This document shows, in pieces, positions 36,742 through 51,646 of a DNA stretch of 64,000 bases (position 1 is the stretch's first letter; each line of letters begins with the position of its first letter). Source of the DNA: Piromyces finnis finn (Eukaryota; Fungi; Neocallimastigomycota); the NCBI GenBank assembly GCA_002104945.1, contig MCFH01000061.1, positions 124,001-188,000 on the forward strand, read 5' to 3'. The notes below the pieces were generated by a model that did no database searches, was not told where the DNA came from, and saw only the letters and a program-made list of their open reading frames with translations. The translations under genes and the position numbers were made by a program.

Positions 36742-37432
36742 ATAATATTCATAATATTAATTATTTATTAATTATAATATAATTCATTGAATATAATATT
36801 AATAATTGTAATCTTCTAGTTCAGAGATTATAAATTATGTTGTTGAAATAATTATTATAAAATAAAGTTAATTAGTTCCGGAAAATAATTTTAATTTAAT
36901 TAAACAATAATTTTTATACTTTGAGTGAATGATTTATGTTTGATATATCAGGGGTGATCATTCTCTGAATAAACAATTAATCATTGCTAACAAAATATCT
37001 TTAAATTGGAATATCTCGTGAACCAGCAGAGATATTGACCTGATTTTAAGATATGTTGTTTGTCTCGAGCGTGGCTTTCTAACGAACGTAATTATAACCA
37101 AAACATTTTTATTCAAAAATCGTCATTCGTTGAGGAGATACGCGTGTTTTTCCTTATTCCATTTTAACGATAAGGGTTAAAGTTATTTATTATAAAAATT
37201 ATTAAGGGTTAAGGTCATATTTTAACCTTTTCTAAATTTTTAAATATTTCTTAATAAAATTTTATAATTTATTTGAAAATAAAATATTTGTTGATTTTGA
37301 AATTTCATAAGTGATTTCACAATTCCAAGTGATCTTGAAATTGTATTTTCACTAGTATTCGTGACACACCTAACCTAGTGGTATTAAATAATTTGTATTT
37401 AAGACTGGTTGTTAGCGAAAATTTTTTGACCA

Positions 37433-37525
37433 GCTCGTGTAGCCTAGGGGTTTAAGGCGTCGTGCTTATAAGGGTGATCCTCTTATGCAACGCGAAGATC
37501 GCGGGTTCGACCCCCGCCATGAGCA
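37433..37525 (+). tRNA. tRNA-Ile (UAU) with 19-nt intron, copy 1
   Basis: GCTCGTG/CATGAGC acceptor; TCGTG-CT-TAT-A-[AGGGTGATCCTCTTATGCA]-A-CGCGA; same layout as the intron-containing yeast tRNA-Ile(UAU). Confidence 0.93.
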
Positions 37526-37574
37526 AATGTTTTTATTTTAATTTTATTATTTTTGTTTTATTTTATTATTTTTG

Positions 37575-37670
<96 letters not shown>

Positions 37671-37671
37671 C
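37575..37671. repeat. (TTA)n microsatellite
   Basis: About 30 perfect units. Confidence 0.95.
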
Positions 37672-39016
37672 AATATTATTTAGTAAAAAGGATTTAATAT
37701 AATTAATATAATTTTTATTAATATGTCCGCTATCATAATATTTAAAATAAAATTATGTAAAATAAATCTAAATAAAAAATAATTAATAATTTTTTTAGAG
37801 TTTTAAAAAATTAAATATAAATTTATTGAGCTTATATACATGTTATTTAAATATTCTATATATATTAATATATTTAATAAATTAGAAATTAAATATAAGA
37901 ATAACAGTCATTGTCATTATAATAAAATAATTATTTATAAAGATTATTATAAAAAATAAAATAAAAATGAATTATTTGAAGTTGAAAAATATTAAAATAT
38001 GATAAATACATTTATAATTATATTTTTTCTAATAAAAGTAAATTACATGTGAATTACATGAACCATTTTTAATTATTTATTCAAATAGTTAAGGGTCAAA
38101 TATTAAAAATTTTTAATAAATTTATTTAACATAATATATTGAACACTGCATTCATTGTTATCTATTTTATAATATAATAGAATAATAACATAGTTTATTA
38201 TTAAATATTTGTATTATTAATAAAGTTACTGAAAACACATGTAAAGTATTCCCCCAAAGAATCTACAAAGAAAATTGTATTATTTAAACCAGTGTGAACT
38301 TTTTCTACTATTAATATTTTGACATAAATAAATACTTCAATTAGATATTTAAAATTTATTAATGTAGTTTGTTGGAACTAGTAGCTTTGGAAGTAGTAAT
38401 TTATTGAAAATAATAAAAAAATAAAATTTCATAAAGAAACAATATTCTATAATGAAATTTAGATTCGAAAAATTTAGTATTTAAGAGTATTGTAAGGAAA
38501 ATAGTATATCTAAGATAAGCTCACCTTCTTAAACACATGAATTAAATAGCAAAGCAGAAAGGTGAAATAAAAAATACATAATTCTACTAAAACACTTTTA
38601 TATTGGGCTAAAATATCAGAAGACTTTTTGAATTTTGCTTTAAAATATTATTTCTATATTTACAACAAAATACCACACCAAGGTAACGATAATTTGATTT
38701 CTTTAAAAGGGAAGCAAACCTAATATACTTAAAAGTATTTAATTGCATATGTTATTTCAAGGATTTATACACTGACCAAATCAAAATTTGCTCCAAATGA
38801 GAAGATAGAAATTTTTTTTCGGGTATAATGAAGCTCATCTCTCATATATTGCAATAAAAGTATATAGAGATAAATCAAAAGTTCATTACTTCAGGGAAAT
38901 TGAATGTTGCGAAGATAAGCCGGCATACTACCAGCATAAAAGTAAAAACATTAATGATTCGTACTTCTCTTTAACAAATTCATAAAAAATTGGAAACTAC
39001 GACAAAGTAAATCTCC

Positions 39017-39629
39017 TGTAAAGATATCAAACGCCTCAGCTTGATATCTTTAATGTAACTTAAGCCACAAATATTATTGTTTAAGTTACGCAAATTATAT
39101 TACAGAAAAAGTAAATGAGACATAATTTATTTATTAATAATTAAAGTTTAAAACAAAATAAATTATTAATTTATTTTTAATGTTTAACAAATAAATTAAA
39201 ATTCTCAATTCAAACCCCTAGTTATAGTATTGTTTTGTAATAGAAATAGATATCTAGTATATAATTATTAAATGTTTAATATATCAATAATACATGGGCA
39301 CATATTCAAATTGAATAGTACTTAATTTGAATTGCCAATTGTATTTTACTAAAAATAGTTATAGTTTAAATATTTATTAATAATTAAGATTTTAGTGTAG
39401 ATTTTAAATAATAATATATAAGAAATAAATAGTTATAATATAATATAAATGTATTTAGGAAAAATATAAATAGAAGATATTTTTCATCATTTTATCGATG
39501 TAATTGTTATTAATAAAATTTCTATTATAATAAAAGATATTTTTTAATAAAACAATTTTATTTAAATCTTTAGTGTTATTGTAATAGAATAGATATCCTA
39601 ATCTATTCTTTCAAGTGTCCAACATTACA
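39017..39629 (+). mobile_element. Solo LTR family K
   Basis: Matches the other K copies; flanks TCTCC/CCTCC. Confidence 0.9.
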
Positions 39630-39705
39630 CCTCCATGAATCAAATAATTACGATAGTAACTCAGAAGGTGAAAATGAGATAGTTGTTAAAAATAAAAAGA
39701 GACAG

Positions 39706-40430
39706 TGTAAAGATATAATATATATCTTTAAATTATTTAATAATTAATTAATAATTATTAAATAATAATTTTGTTATTTTAATGAAAAATTATTTATAAA
39801 ATTTATTATATAGATTTTAAGGAATAATTAAATAAAGATTAATTTTAAAATATCAGAGTTAGAAATGAAATTTGGATAAATATTTAAATTAATGGATAAT
39901 TAAATTTAAATATTTTAAATATTCAAATTAAATCTTAAAAAGTTCTTATTTAATTAAAAAATAGTTTAATAACTTTAGCGTAGTTTTAAATTAGCATTTT
40001 TTAGTAGTAAATATATAATAAATAGTATTATTAATATTTAATTAATATATAGGTAATACATGGACTGTATTTAATTTGTAGTTTACTCAAATTGAATCAA
40101 AAATGTATTTAATTAGTTTTAGTTTAGTTTTATTATTTTATTATTTAATTAAATTAGTATTAAATTAGTTTTGTTTATTTTATATTGAATATATGTATAA
40201 TTAAATAAAATAGTATATTAAAATATAATTTGTAAAAAATATAAATACATGTAAAATTTCATAGTTAAACGATGTAATTGTTATTGACTATAATTTAGTT
40301 AATAACTAAATAAGAATTAATAAAAGAGAATATAAATAAATTTTGTTTTTGTTTTTAATTTTTTATTTTATTGTGTTTTTGTTTTATTGTAAAAATTTTA
40401 TAATCTGTTTTAAATTTTAAAACTTTTACA
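39706..40430 (+). mobile_element. Solo LTR family I
   Basis: Reverse-complement match to the LTRs at 52296-53021 and 59220-59945; flanks GACAG/AACAG. Confidence 0.9.
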
Positions 40431-40808
40431 AACAGCATTACAGATACTGATATAAATAAAAGTAATAATAAAAAAAATATTAATTTCAAAGAAAATGAAG
40501 AAAATAATAATGAAAGGACGACTGCTTCCAAGAGAAAAGTAAATATCCATGCAAAATAATAATAAATAAGGAAATAATAAAGAAAAAGAAGAAAAAGATA
40601 TTAAAATTTCGAAAGAAACGGACCTAGATAAGGAGATAAATATAAACGACAATATGGAGATAGCAAAACAGACAAGTGAAGAAAAAAATATTAATATTCA
40701 TGAAGAAGAAAATCACAAGCACTTTAAAGAAAAAACATGTTTCAAATAATAATTCAAAAAGTAATTCAAGTAGAAATTCAAAAATTAAATTTAATAATTT
40801 AAATCATA

Positions 40809-41406
40809 TGTAAAGTCAGACACAAAATGAATAGATTAGGATATCTAACCTATTACAATAACAACACAAAAGATAAAATATGGTTTATAAAAATAGTTTT
40901 TATTAATTTATTGTAATAAAATTGTTAATAACAATTACATCGATAAAATGATGAAAAATATCTTCTATTTATATTTTTATATTTTTCCTAAGTACATTTA
41001 TTTTATATTATAACTATTTATTCACTATATATTATTGCTTAAAACCTATGCTAAAATCTTAGTTATTAGTAAAACATTTAAACTATTTTAGTAAAACTAA
41101 ATAGGCAATTCAAATCAAGTCCATGTATTTATATATTAATCATTTATTATTTATATATTATTTATTTGTTTCTATCAAAAACAATACTAGAATTAAGAAA
41201 TTAAATTGAGAAATTTAATTTATTTGTTAAACATTAAAAATAAAAATAAATTAATAATTTATTTTGTTTTAAACTTTAATTATTAATAAATTATAAATTA
41301 TGTTTCGTTTTCCTTTTCTGTAATATAATTTATGTAACCTAAATGATAATGTTTTTGGCTTAAGTTACATTAAAGATATCAAGCTGAGGCGTTTGATATC
41401 TTTACA
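40809..41406 (-). mobile_element. Solo LTR, diverged family K
   Basis: Ends in the K double hairpin (GATATCAAGCTGAGGCGTTTGATATC); flanks TCATA/TCATG. Confidence 0.85.
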
Positions 41407-42593
41407 TCATGACTCTAAAAATATTAAGGAGACTAGTTATTCAGATTCAAATGATAAGGATATTTAATAAATCTACTACTGAAAAATATCAAATAAATAA
41501 TAATATTTCTTTACTTGAGAATTATTCCACTAAAAACTATGATGATATCAAGGATACTGGTGACAATTTTAAGAGAATTTTATTAATTTTTATTTTTTTT
41601 TAATTTTAAGTGTTTAATTTTTATTTTATATTTTATTGTAAAATAATAATATGCTTTAAATTTATTATTTTACATGTATTTTATAAATATTTAATTGAGA
41701 ATGTAATAATGTATTAAAAAATATATTTTATATGTAATGTATATGAAATAATAAAAATATCTGGAATTGATATTTCTGTTATTGATTTATATGTTTACTT
41801 ATATTCTAGTAAAAGGAATATAAATTTAAATAATATATCATATTATTTTTTGAACTATGGTATTGACAAATATATAATTAGCTTACAAAATTGTAAAAAT
41901 TTTACAATTAATCAAGAACACAAAAATAAAAAAATAAATAAAATAAAAAAATATCTTTTTTATTATCTTTTATTGAATTTACCTAGTTCAATATCTCGCG
42001 AATCAGCAGAGATATCATGTTCATATTAACATATATTGTTGATCTCAATGATATGAAATAATAATAAAATAGAAATTAAGTGTATAATATTAAGTAGTAA
42101 GATTTAAATAAGAAATATAATGGTAATTCATAAGATCTAAACAAACAATGTAAATGTAATGTAATAATTTTTTAGATAATGCATTGTAAATGCAGGAAAC
42201 ACTAGAAATAGCTAATAATTAAGTTTAAGTAATATTTTATTATAGTACATATAAAATTTTGTACTTTTATATCATTTATTAGGAATAGGAAAATTATTAA
42301 TATAACTTTCATTAATTTCATATGACATATTTTATAATATCATATAGAAAAGTTATATGACATTATAATAGGAGAAATGATAATTTTTAAATAGTAGAAA
42401 TAATAGAAAATAATTCATAAAAGAAAGAGAGGAATGTAAGAAATGTAAGAAATAAATATAATAAAGAACATAAAAAATAAATACAAAACCCTCAAAAATC
42501 TTTATAAATAAAAATTTTATAACAGAACCCTATCAATTGGTGAAGATATCGGTTCAAAGAGGGATACCTACTTAAATTATTTTATATATATTT

Positions 42594-43323
42594 TGTAAAA
42601 GTTTTATAAAATTTAAAACAGATTATAAAATTTTACAATAAAATAAAAACACAAAATAAAATAAAAAAATAAAAATAAAATAATAAAATATGTTTTAAAA
42701 CTCTCTTTTATTAATTTTATTTAGTTATTAACTAATTTATAGTCAATAACAATTACATTGTTTTAATTAAGAAATTTTACATGTATTTATATTTTTTGTC
42801 AATTACATTTTAATATACTATTTTATTTAATTATACATATATCCGATAAAAATAAACAAAAACTAATTTAATACTAATTTAATTAAATAATAAAATAATA
42901 AAACTAAACTAAAACTAATTAAATACGCTTTTGATTCAATTTGAGTAAACTATAAATTGAATACAGTCCATGTATTACCTATATATTAATTAAATATTAA
43001 TAATACTATTCATTATATATTTATTATTAAAAATGCTAATTTAAAACTACGCTAAAGTTATTAAACTAATTTTAATTAAATAAAAACTTTTTAATATTTA
43101 ATTTGAATATTTAAAATATATAAATTTAATTATCCATTAATTTAAATATTTTTCTAAATTTCATTTCTAACTTTGATATTTTAAAATTAATCTTTATTTA
43201 ATTATTCCATAAAATTTATATAATAAATTTTATAAATAATTTTTCATTAAAATACTAAAATTATTATTAATTGATTATTAATTAATTATTAAATAATTTA
43301 AAGATATATTTTATATTTTTACA
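42594..43323 (-). mobile_element. Solo LTR family I
   Basis: Collinear with 52296-53021. Confidence 0.85.
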
Positions 43324-43339
43324 ATAATATAATATAATA

Positions 43340-44110
43340 AATCATAATTTGTTTGTTTGTTTGTATGTCATGACATAAAAATAAAATAAACATATGATTA
43401 ATCATTTAAACATTTGATCCTAATTAGTAATTATAAAAACTATTCAATTAATAATTCATCATTATTAATTGATATTAACATAACATATTTGTTATAATTA
43501 AATAATTATCATTTTAAAAATTATTTCTAAATAAAACTTGCCGTTATCATATTTTATAATAATTAAAATTATTTAATTTATAGATGTTAACTGTTACACC
43601 TAAATAGTTTAGTTCTACTTTTAGTAATAATCATTATCATTAATTAAATTAATATAACTAAAATTTCTATTGATATATTTTTAATTTTCGTCAAGTTATA
43701 AGAAATGTTTATGATCCATATTTGATATCATATTGATTTTAATTTACCTATTAAAATCTTTAAATGATTATATCTTCCTTAAATGACCAGTTAGAAGGAC
43801 CGCAATTGTACCAAATTGTAGCTTTCTTCCTAAGCTTTCCAACAAACCTAGTTTCAAAGATATATTCTACAGCCGTAGCGATCGTTTTTGGCAAGTTACG
43901 CCTTGTTTTGTGTTTGTTTATTTTTGGTTAAGGATTATAGTATATTGATATTAATTTTTTGAAATCATAGCCCTTACGATCAATCAAATATTAGAAGGTG
44001 ACTTTTAAAGGTGTTTTAAAATAATTATTGAAATTATTTAATTATAATTTTTATGTTTAATTAATTATGAATATTATCTGAATTTGTTTTAAATCCAGTT
44101 AATATCTTCA
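43340..44110 (-). mobile_element. Partial LTR family H
   Basis: Reverse complement of 15071-15830; ends AATATCTTCA. Confidence 0.85.
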
Positions 44111-44117
44111 CACGCCT

Positions 44118-45333
44118 TGTAAAGTGGACTTGGGTTGATATGTAACTTGGTCAGAATGTTTTATATAATATAACTTAAATTTTACTAATAAAATATTAAA
44201 TTTGTTTATTATTAAACTTTTTCTATAAAACTTATTGAAGAATAATATCAATTAAAAAATTAAATGGATCTTTATATTTAAAATAAAAATTCTAATATAA
44301 TTTAATTATGAAGTTTATTTATTAATTATTTATTTATGAAAATGATATTTATTAAGTTATATTATTATAATATAACTTAATAGATTATAGTTAATAATCT
44401 TACAAAGAATTTCAAAAATGATTTCAATTCTTTGTTTAAATACTTTTTCTTACAATTAATAAAATTACATTGATATTAATATTAATAATAAAGATAAAAT
44501 AATTTTAAATTAAAATATTAATAATTGATAATGTTATTAATAATATGAATTCATATGATAGATCCTAAGATTATTCTTTTAAATTACTTTTAAATAAAAA
44601 GAGTTGTTTTAAAACATATTAAATTGCAAATATTTAATATTATAAATTGAGAATAATAATTGCTGATACTAATTATATATTCTCATGATGAATTAATTAA
44701 TAATTATAACTAATGATTTTTGATCAAAAGGGTTTTCTTGTTTGTTTATGATTGAGGTTATTGATCAAAAATTATTTGAAAAATTATTAATTAATTTTTA
44801 TAATTGATTAGGTTTGAAATCAAGAATATTTATTATCTAACCTTATTTAATAATAATGGAGAATTTTATAAATTGAATTATTTATAGAAAATTGGATGAC
44901 TTGAATAACGACTTTAATTATATAAATTAATATCGATCATTTTAATATATATTATTATATATTAATTGAAACTAATTAAATCTTTAAATAGCCATATTTC
45001 AAGAACTATTGGTCTAAATTAGCTGAAATTTTGTGAGAATATAAATTTCAACTAGTACTTTCTAACAAAGTTAGTTTGACATCCCTAGAAAATGAAAATA
45101 GGATGTGAGATTCAGAAGTTATCACTGATTTCGTATGATGTATTTTTTACTCAAGGGTTAATTTATTGAAATTTAAATTTTTGTAATCCTTAACCCTTTC
45201 TAATATTAAATTCTTCAAAGTGAACTTTTAATTATTTTTAAAAGTATTTTATAAATTTTAAAATATAAATTTTATTTTTAAATTGTTTATTTGGATATTT
45301 AATTTATTTATTAATCGTCTTCTATTCTTGACA
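44118..45333 (-). mobile_element. Solo LTR family E (TGTCAAG...TTTACA sense)
   Basis: Inverted copy at 49567-50804; carries TTTGTAAGATTAT, similar to the F and H self-primers. Confidence 0.85.
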
Positions 45334-45388
45334 CCTAACCTAGTGGTATTAAATAATTTGTATTTAAGACTGGTTGTTAGCGAAGATT

Positions 45389-46514
45389 TGATGCGTTGAC
45401 CGATATATTTGTGAATAATATAATGTTTTTAATAAATAATAAATTCTATATTATAATGATGAAACAATAAATTTAAAATAAAATAAAATATGTTTTATAA
45501 TTAACAAATAAATCACTCAAAACTCGAAAATAAACTCTTATTATGTTTTAAATTAAATCTTTATTATATTTTATAATTTATTTATTATCTGTTTATAGTC
45601 TTTTTATTCTCTATTTATTGTCCGCCCTTTATAAAGAAGAATTTTATCTTCCTTTTATACATTTTCATTTATTACAGGTATTATTATTTTTAACTATTAA
45701 ATGCTATTATAACTATTGTTATTATTTATTAAAATTAAAAGAATAAATTAAAATTATGTCTTAGTATTATAAAATATTATAGAATATTACTTATTTGATT
45801 TTCTTATTACTTCAAAATGTTTAAATTTAGAAAAATTATTATAAATTATCATTGACTATCATTAAATGTATAATACCTTGAATAAAATAATTAAAATTTA
45901 AAATTAAAATAATATTAAAATAAAATTAAAATAAAATTAAAATAAAAATTTAACAAAATTAAAATATTAAAAGTATCAATTATTATAAACACTCATTTTA
46001 TACAGAAACATAAAAGAGTTCTGTATTTTATCTTTGGAATTGTTATTATTGTTCTATTTCCAGGTTTTAAGTTTATCATTTTAGTAATAATTACTCAATT
46101 AGTTATTTTTTTAATTTATAAGTTTAAGAGAATTTCTAAAGAACACTTGGATAAACACTAGAATTAATAATTTGATGTATATCATTTTATTTTTAGTTTA
46201 TTTATTCATTTTTATTTATTTATTATTATTTTATTATTTTAGTACATTATTGGATTAAGTCGTTTTATTTTATTTAATAATTTATTTTATTTAATAATTT
46301 ATTTTATTATTATCACTATTAGGTCGTTTTTACTCAGAATTTATTATATAATAAAGATAATATTATTTATTTAAAGAAAGGGTTATATTTTCATAAAATT
46401 ATTATTCATTCATCTTTAAGGGTTATTATTGTTTATTTTTATTATAAGTTACTATGGGTTAAGTCGTGTTTATTCAGCTAGTTTTTATCATGTTTTTATG
46501 TGAGTAGCGTATCA
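45389..46514. mobile_element. Solo LTR family Q with 4-bp TSD GATT, 13 bp upstream of tRNA-Ile copy 2
   Basis: TGATGCG...CGTATCA; GATT at 45385-45388 and 46515-46518; the other three tRNA-Ile flanks show the empty site. Confidence 0.85.
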
Positions 46515-46527
46515 GATTTTTTGACCA

Positions 46528-46620
46528 GCTCGTGTAGCCTAGAGGTTTAAGGCGTCGTGCTTATAAGGGTGATCCTCTTATGCAACGCGAAGATCGCGGG
46601 TTCGACCCCCGCCATGAGCA
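46528..46620 (+). tRNA. tRNA-Ile (UAU) with intron, copy 2
   Basis: Identical to copy 1 except one D-loop base. Confidence 0.93.
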
Positions 46621-47249
46621 TATATTTTTATTTTTAATTTTGTTTTTATATATTTTTATATTACTAAACTAATATTTTAAATTAAAGAGCAAGAATTTAA
46701 TTTTTTAAATATATTATAGACATAAAAATATAAATATATAGTATTATATGGTATTATATGTATACATTTAAAATATCTAATAATTAAAAAAAATAATTAT
46801 TAAATTCCATATTTGTATAAAGAATTATTTCCAAAACCCAATGAATAAAATTTATGAAATAATAATTATTCATTTAAAAATGACAAACTTAAAAATAAAA
46901 TATAGAATTAAGAAGAATATTTAAATTTAAGGGGAAAAAAAAGAAATTTTCATTTAATTTAAATATTTCAAATATTTCAAATAATTATAAATATTTTATT
47001 TAATTTTGAATTAGTTTACTAATTTTAGTTTAATTTTAAAAATGGAATATTTTATTTTTTTCAATAGGTAATATATCGTTATGATTAGTATTATGATACT
47101 ATATTAATATGTATATAATATATAGATTATATTAAATCAAAAGTATAATTAATTAATTAATTGGGTTAACTCTACTTATTTTATATTAAATATGGATAAT
47201 TAAACAGAAATATGTTATAGCTATAAAAATATTAAGCAAAAACCTGAAT

Positions 47250-48030
<781 letters not shown>

Positions 48031-48685
48031 TTACTTTAAAACTAAACATTGAATGATATTAAAAATATTATTTATAATATATTATGCCTATTTTAAAATT
48101 AAATATTGAACAAATTTAAAATTAAATAAAAGTTTTTATATTTAATCCGGAAATAATATTCTAATAATTATATAAATTATTTAGATAGAGATAAAATTAT
48201 TAAATCTAAAAAATTATTATTACATAAATACAATTAAATATTTTTAAACATTTTTAATAATGTTTTATGTAAAAATTATAAAAGAAAATATTTTATTACA
48301 TGTTTATTTAAATGTGGTTTATGGTTTAAGTACAAAAAATATTTTTGTATAATGTTAGAATATGTAGAATGCATGTCAAATGTATTGAAATATTTATTAA
48401 AATAAATTATAATATATATATATATTGTATTATCCATAATATGTTAATGTTAATATATAAACATATAAAATATTATTTTTAAGTAATTATGATTGTAACT
48501 CTTTTATAATAAAGTTGTCATAATTATAAAACCTAAATTAATGATTTCTAACATATTATCTATACATATATATTATGTATATTATTTTATCCATATAATC
48601 ATATATTTAAAAAATTATATTCATATTCCTTAATTTAAAATATTAATTTAGTAATATAAAATAATAAAATTAAAATAAAAACATT

Positions 48686-48778
48686 TGCTCATGGCGGGGG
48701 TCGAACCCGCGATCTTCGCGTTGCATAAGAGGATCACCCTTATAAGCACGACGCCTTAAACCTCTAGGCTACACGAGC
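48686..48778 (-). tRNA. tRNA-Ile (UAU) with intron, copy 3
   Basis: Reverse complement of copy 2. Confidence 0.93.
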
Positions 48779-48844
48779 TAGTCAAAAAATTTTCGCTAAC
48801 AACCAGTCTTAAATACAAATTATTTAATACCACTAGGTTAGGTG

Positions 48845-49561
48845 TGTCAAAATCACAATTCATGAAATTTGACATTTCATAAAATTTCATAATTTTGAAT
48901 TATTAGTTAAATTAATTAAAATATTAATTTAATAATATTTTACTAATAATAGTTTATTTAATATAAATATTAATTGGAAAGCTATTTATTATCCGGAGAT
49001 AAATAGAGTGTAACAATTAATTAATATTAAACAAACCAATTAGTAAAATAAGATTCATTTAAATAATTATTAATATTATTTTTAACAACTTATTAATATC
49101 GATATTTAAAGAAAATTATATTATTATTATTATTAATATTATATTTTATTAATATTTATATTTATATTATTATACATGTATAACTTAAATTATATTATTA
49201 TTACTATTATATTTTATTAATATTTATATTTATATTATTATACATGTATAACTTAAATTATATTATTATTATACTTTATTAATATCAACATTATATTAAA
49301 AATGAAGTATAAATAAGTTGAACAAAGAACAACTTTAAGAAGTTCTTTGTGAGATTATTATACTCATTTTTATATAGTAAATTCAATATTTAAAATTAAT
49401 AATTATCATTTACTTATATTATAAAAATTAAATAAAATATTTCTTAAAAAACTATATTTATTACTCTTTTATTTATAAAAATTTATTATTTACTATATAA
49501 TTAAGCCTATCCTAACCTAGTAGACTTAATTATTATTCTAAATCCACTCTAACTCTTGACA
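48845..49561 (+). mobile_element. Solo LTR family G, TSD AGGTG, 66 bp upstream of tRNA-Ile copy 3
   Basis: TGTCAA...TTGACA; AGGTG at 48840-48844 and 49562-49566. Confidence 0.88.
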
Positions 49562-49566
49562 AGGTG

Positions 49567-50804
49567 TGTCAAGAATAGAAGACGATTAATAAATAAATTA
49601 AATATTCAAATAAACAATTTAAAAATAAAATTTATATTTTAAAATTTATAAAATACTTTTAAAAATAATTAAAAGATCACTTTGAAAATTTTAATATGAG
49701 AAAGGGTTAAGGATCACAAAGCAAAAATTTAAATTTCAATAAATTAACCCTTGAATAAAAAATACATCATACGAAACCAGTGATAACTTCTGAATCTCAC
49801 ATCCTATTTTCATTTTCTAGGGATGTCAAACTAACTTTGTTAGAAAGTACTGGTTGAGATCTATATTCTCACAAAATTTCAGCTAATTTAGACCACTAGT
49901 TCTTGAGATATAGCTATTTAAAGATTTAATTGGTTTCAATTAATATATAATAATATATATTAAAATGATCTATATTAATTTATATAATTAAAGTCGTTAT
50001 TCAAGTCATCCAATTTTCTATAAATAATTCAATTTAAGAAATTCTCCATTATTGTTAAATAAGGTTAGATATGGGTAAATAATAAATATTTTTGATTCCA
50101 AACTTAATCAATTATAAAAACCAATAGTTTTTCAAATAATTTTTGTTTAATAACCTCAGTCAATATCAAACTAAAAAGCCTTTTGATCAAAAATCATTAG
50201 TTATAATTATTAATTATAATTATTAATTAATTAATCATGAGAATATATAATTAGTATCAGCAATTGTTATTCTCAATTTATAATATTAAATATTTACAAT
50301 TTAATATGTTTAAAACAATTCTTTTTATTTAAAAGTAATTTAAAAGATTAATCTTAGGATCTATCATATGAATTCATATAATTAATATCAATATCAATTA
50401 TTAATATTTTAATTTAAAAATAATTTTTTTTATCTTTATTATTAATATCAATATTAATATCATTGTAATTTTATAAATTGTAAGAAAAATATTTAAACAA
50501 AGAATTGAAATCATTTTTGAAATTCTTTGTAAGATTATTAACTATAATCTATTATTATAATATAACTTAATAAATATTATTTTCATAAATAAATAATTAA
50601 TAAATAAACTTCATAATTAAATTATATTAGAATTTTTATTTCAAATATAAAAATCCATTTAATTTTTTAATTGATATTATTCTTCAATAAGTTTTATAGA
50701 AAAAGTTTAATAATAAACAAATTTAATATTTTATTAGTAAATTTTAAGTTATATTATATAAAACATTCTGACCAAGTTACATATCAACCCAAGCCCACTT
50801 TACA
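49567..50804 (+). mobile_element. Solo LTR family E
   Basis: Inverted copy of 44118-45333; followed by TTAGGTG. Confidence 0.87.
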
Positions 50805-50811
50805 TTAGGTG

Positions 50812-51050
50812 TGTCACGAATACTAGTGGAAATCTTCAATTTCAAGATCACTTGAAATTGTGGAATTACTTTTAAAATATTGAAAAATCAATTATTATTA
50901 AATTTTAAAATAATATAATTATATTTCAAAAATTATAAAATAAAATACTTTTAAAAATTATTAAAAGGTAACACTTTTGGAAAAATTTAACATTAGAAAG
51001 GGTTAAGATTCACAAAAATTTAGTATCAGTAAGCTTTCAAAGATAATGTT
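50812..51050 (+). mobile_element. Truncated F-like LTR
   Basis: Starts TGTCACGAATACTAGTG, like the family F 5' end. Confidence 0.7.
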
Positions 51051-51553
51051 TAATAAAATATAATTATAAAATTCATAGAATAAATTTTATTGCGTAATTT
51101 AATAATGAATTATTTAAGAATAATTTTAGTTAAAATTAAATAAAAATAAATATTTCAATTTAAGGAATAAAAGAATTTTTAGTTAAATTTAAATATTTTA
51201 AATATTCAAAATAATGATAAAAAAATATTTATTTAATTAAAATTAATTTAATTACTTTAAAGTAATTTTAATTTTTTTTTTTTTTTTTTCAATAAAAAGT
51301 TTATTAGTATATTATAAATAGTATTATTAATATTGAATTAATATATATGTAATATATAAACTATATTCAATTTGCATTTTACTATATATTTATATTTATA
51401 TCTTTATGCCTATCATATATTTAAAAAATTAAATTCTTTCTCTTTAATTTACAATATTAGTTTAGTAATATAATAAAATTAAAATAATGAAACAAAAAAA
51501 TTAAAATAAAATAAAAAAAAAAATTAAAATAGAAAAATTTAGATAAAATTATA

Positions 51554-51646
51554 TGCTCATGGCGGGGGTCGAACCCGCGATCTTCGCGTTGCATAAGAGG
51601 ATCACCCTTATAAGCACGACGCCTTAAACCTCTAGGCTACACGAGC
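51554..51646 (-). tRNA. tRNA-Ile (UAU) with intron, copy 4
   Basis: Reverse complement of copy 2. Confidence 0.93.

Larger units (their letters stand above)
24356..37366 (-). mobile_element. Ty3/Gypsy element family F; 5' LTR (31079-37366) interrupted by a Copia; 3' LTR 24356-25479
   Basis: LTRs TGTCACG...TTTTACA (sense); PPT GGCGGAGCGA; PBS ATAATCTTTAC 31078-31068; gag and pol ORFs; begins 66 bp upstream of tRNA-Ile at 37433; outer flanks differ (no TSD). Confidence 0.93.
38150..41570 (+). pseudogene. Heavily decayed Copia integrase and linker, split by three solo LTRs
   Basis: 38485-38562 translates EYCKENSISKISSPS*THELNSKAER, aligning by eye with FCSRNGISKVYSPPYTPEINGKAER of the intact Copia. 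N/K/E-rich linker pieces resume after each insertion. Confidence 0.7.

Noticed and set aside
37433-37525. tRNA-Ala (UGC) reading from the TGCA near the 3' side of the anticodon arm
   Set aside because: That TGC lies in the intron. The canonical C32-U33-anticodon-A37-intron layout gives UAU (Ile).
48840-48844. Sequence-specific recognition of AGGTG as the cause of the distal hotspot
   Set aside because: Not excluded, but disfavoured: the flank is shared only because the cassettes are duplicates, and H/G also occur in non-AGGTG sequence at 15071 and 16148.
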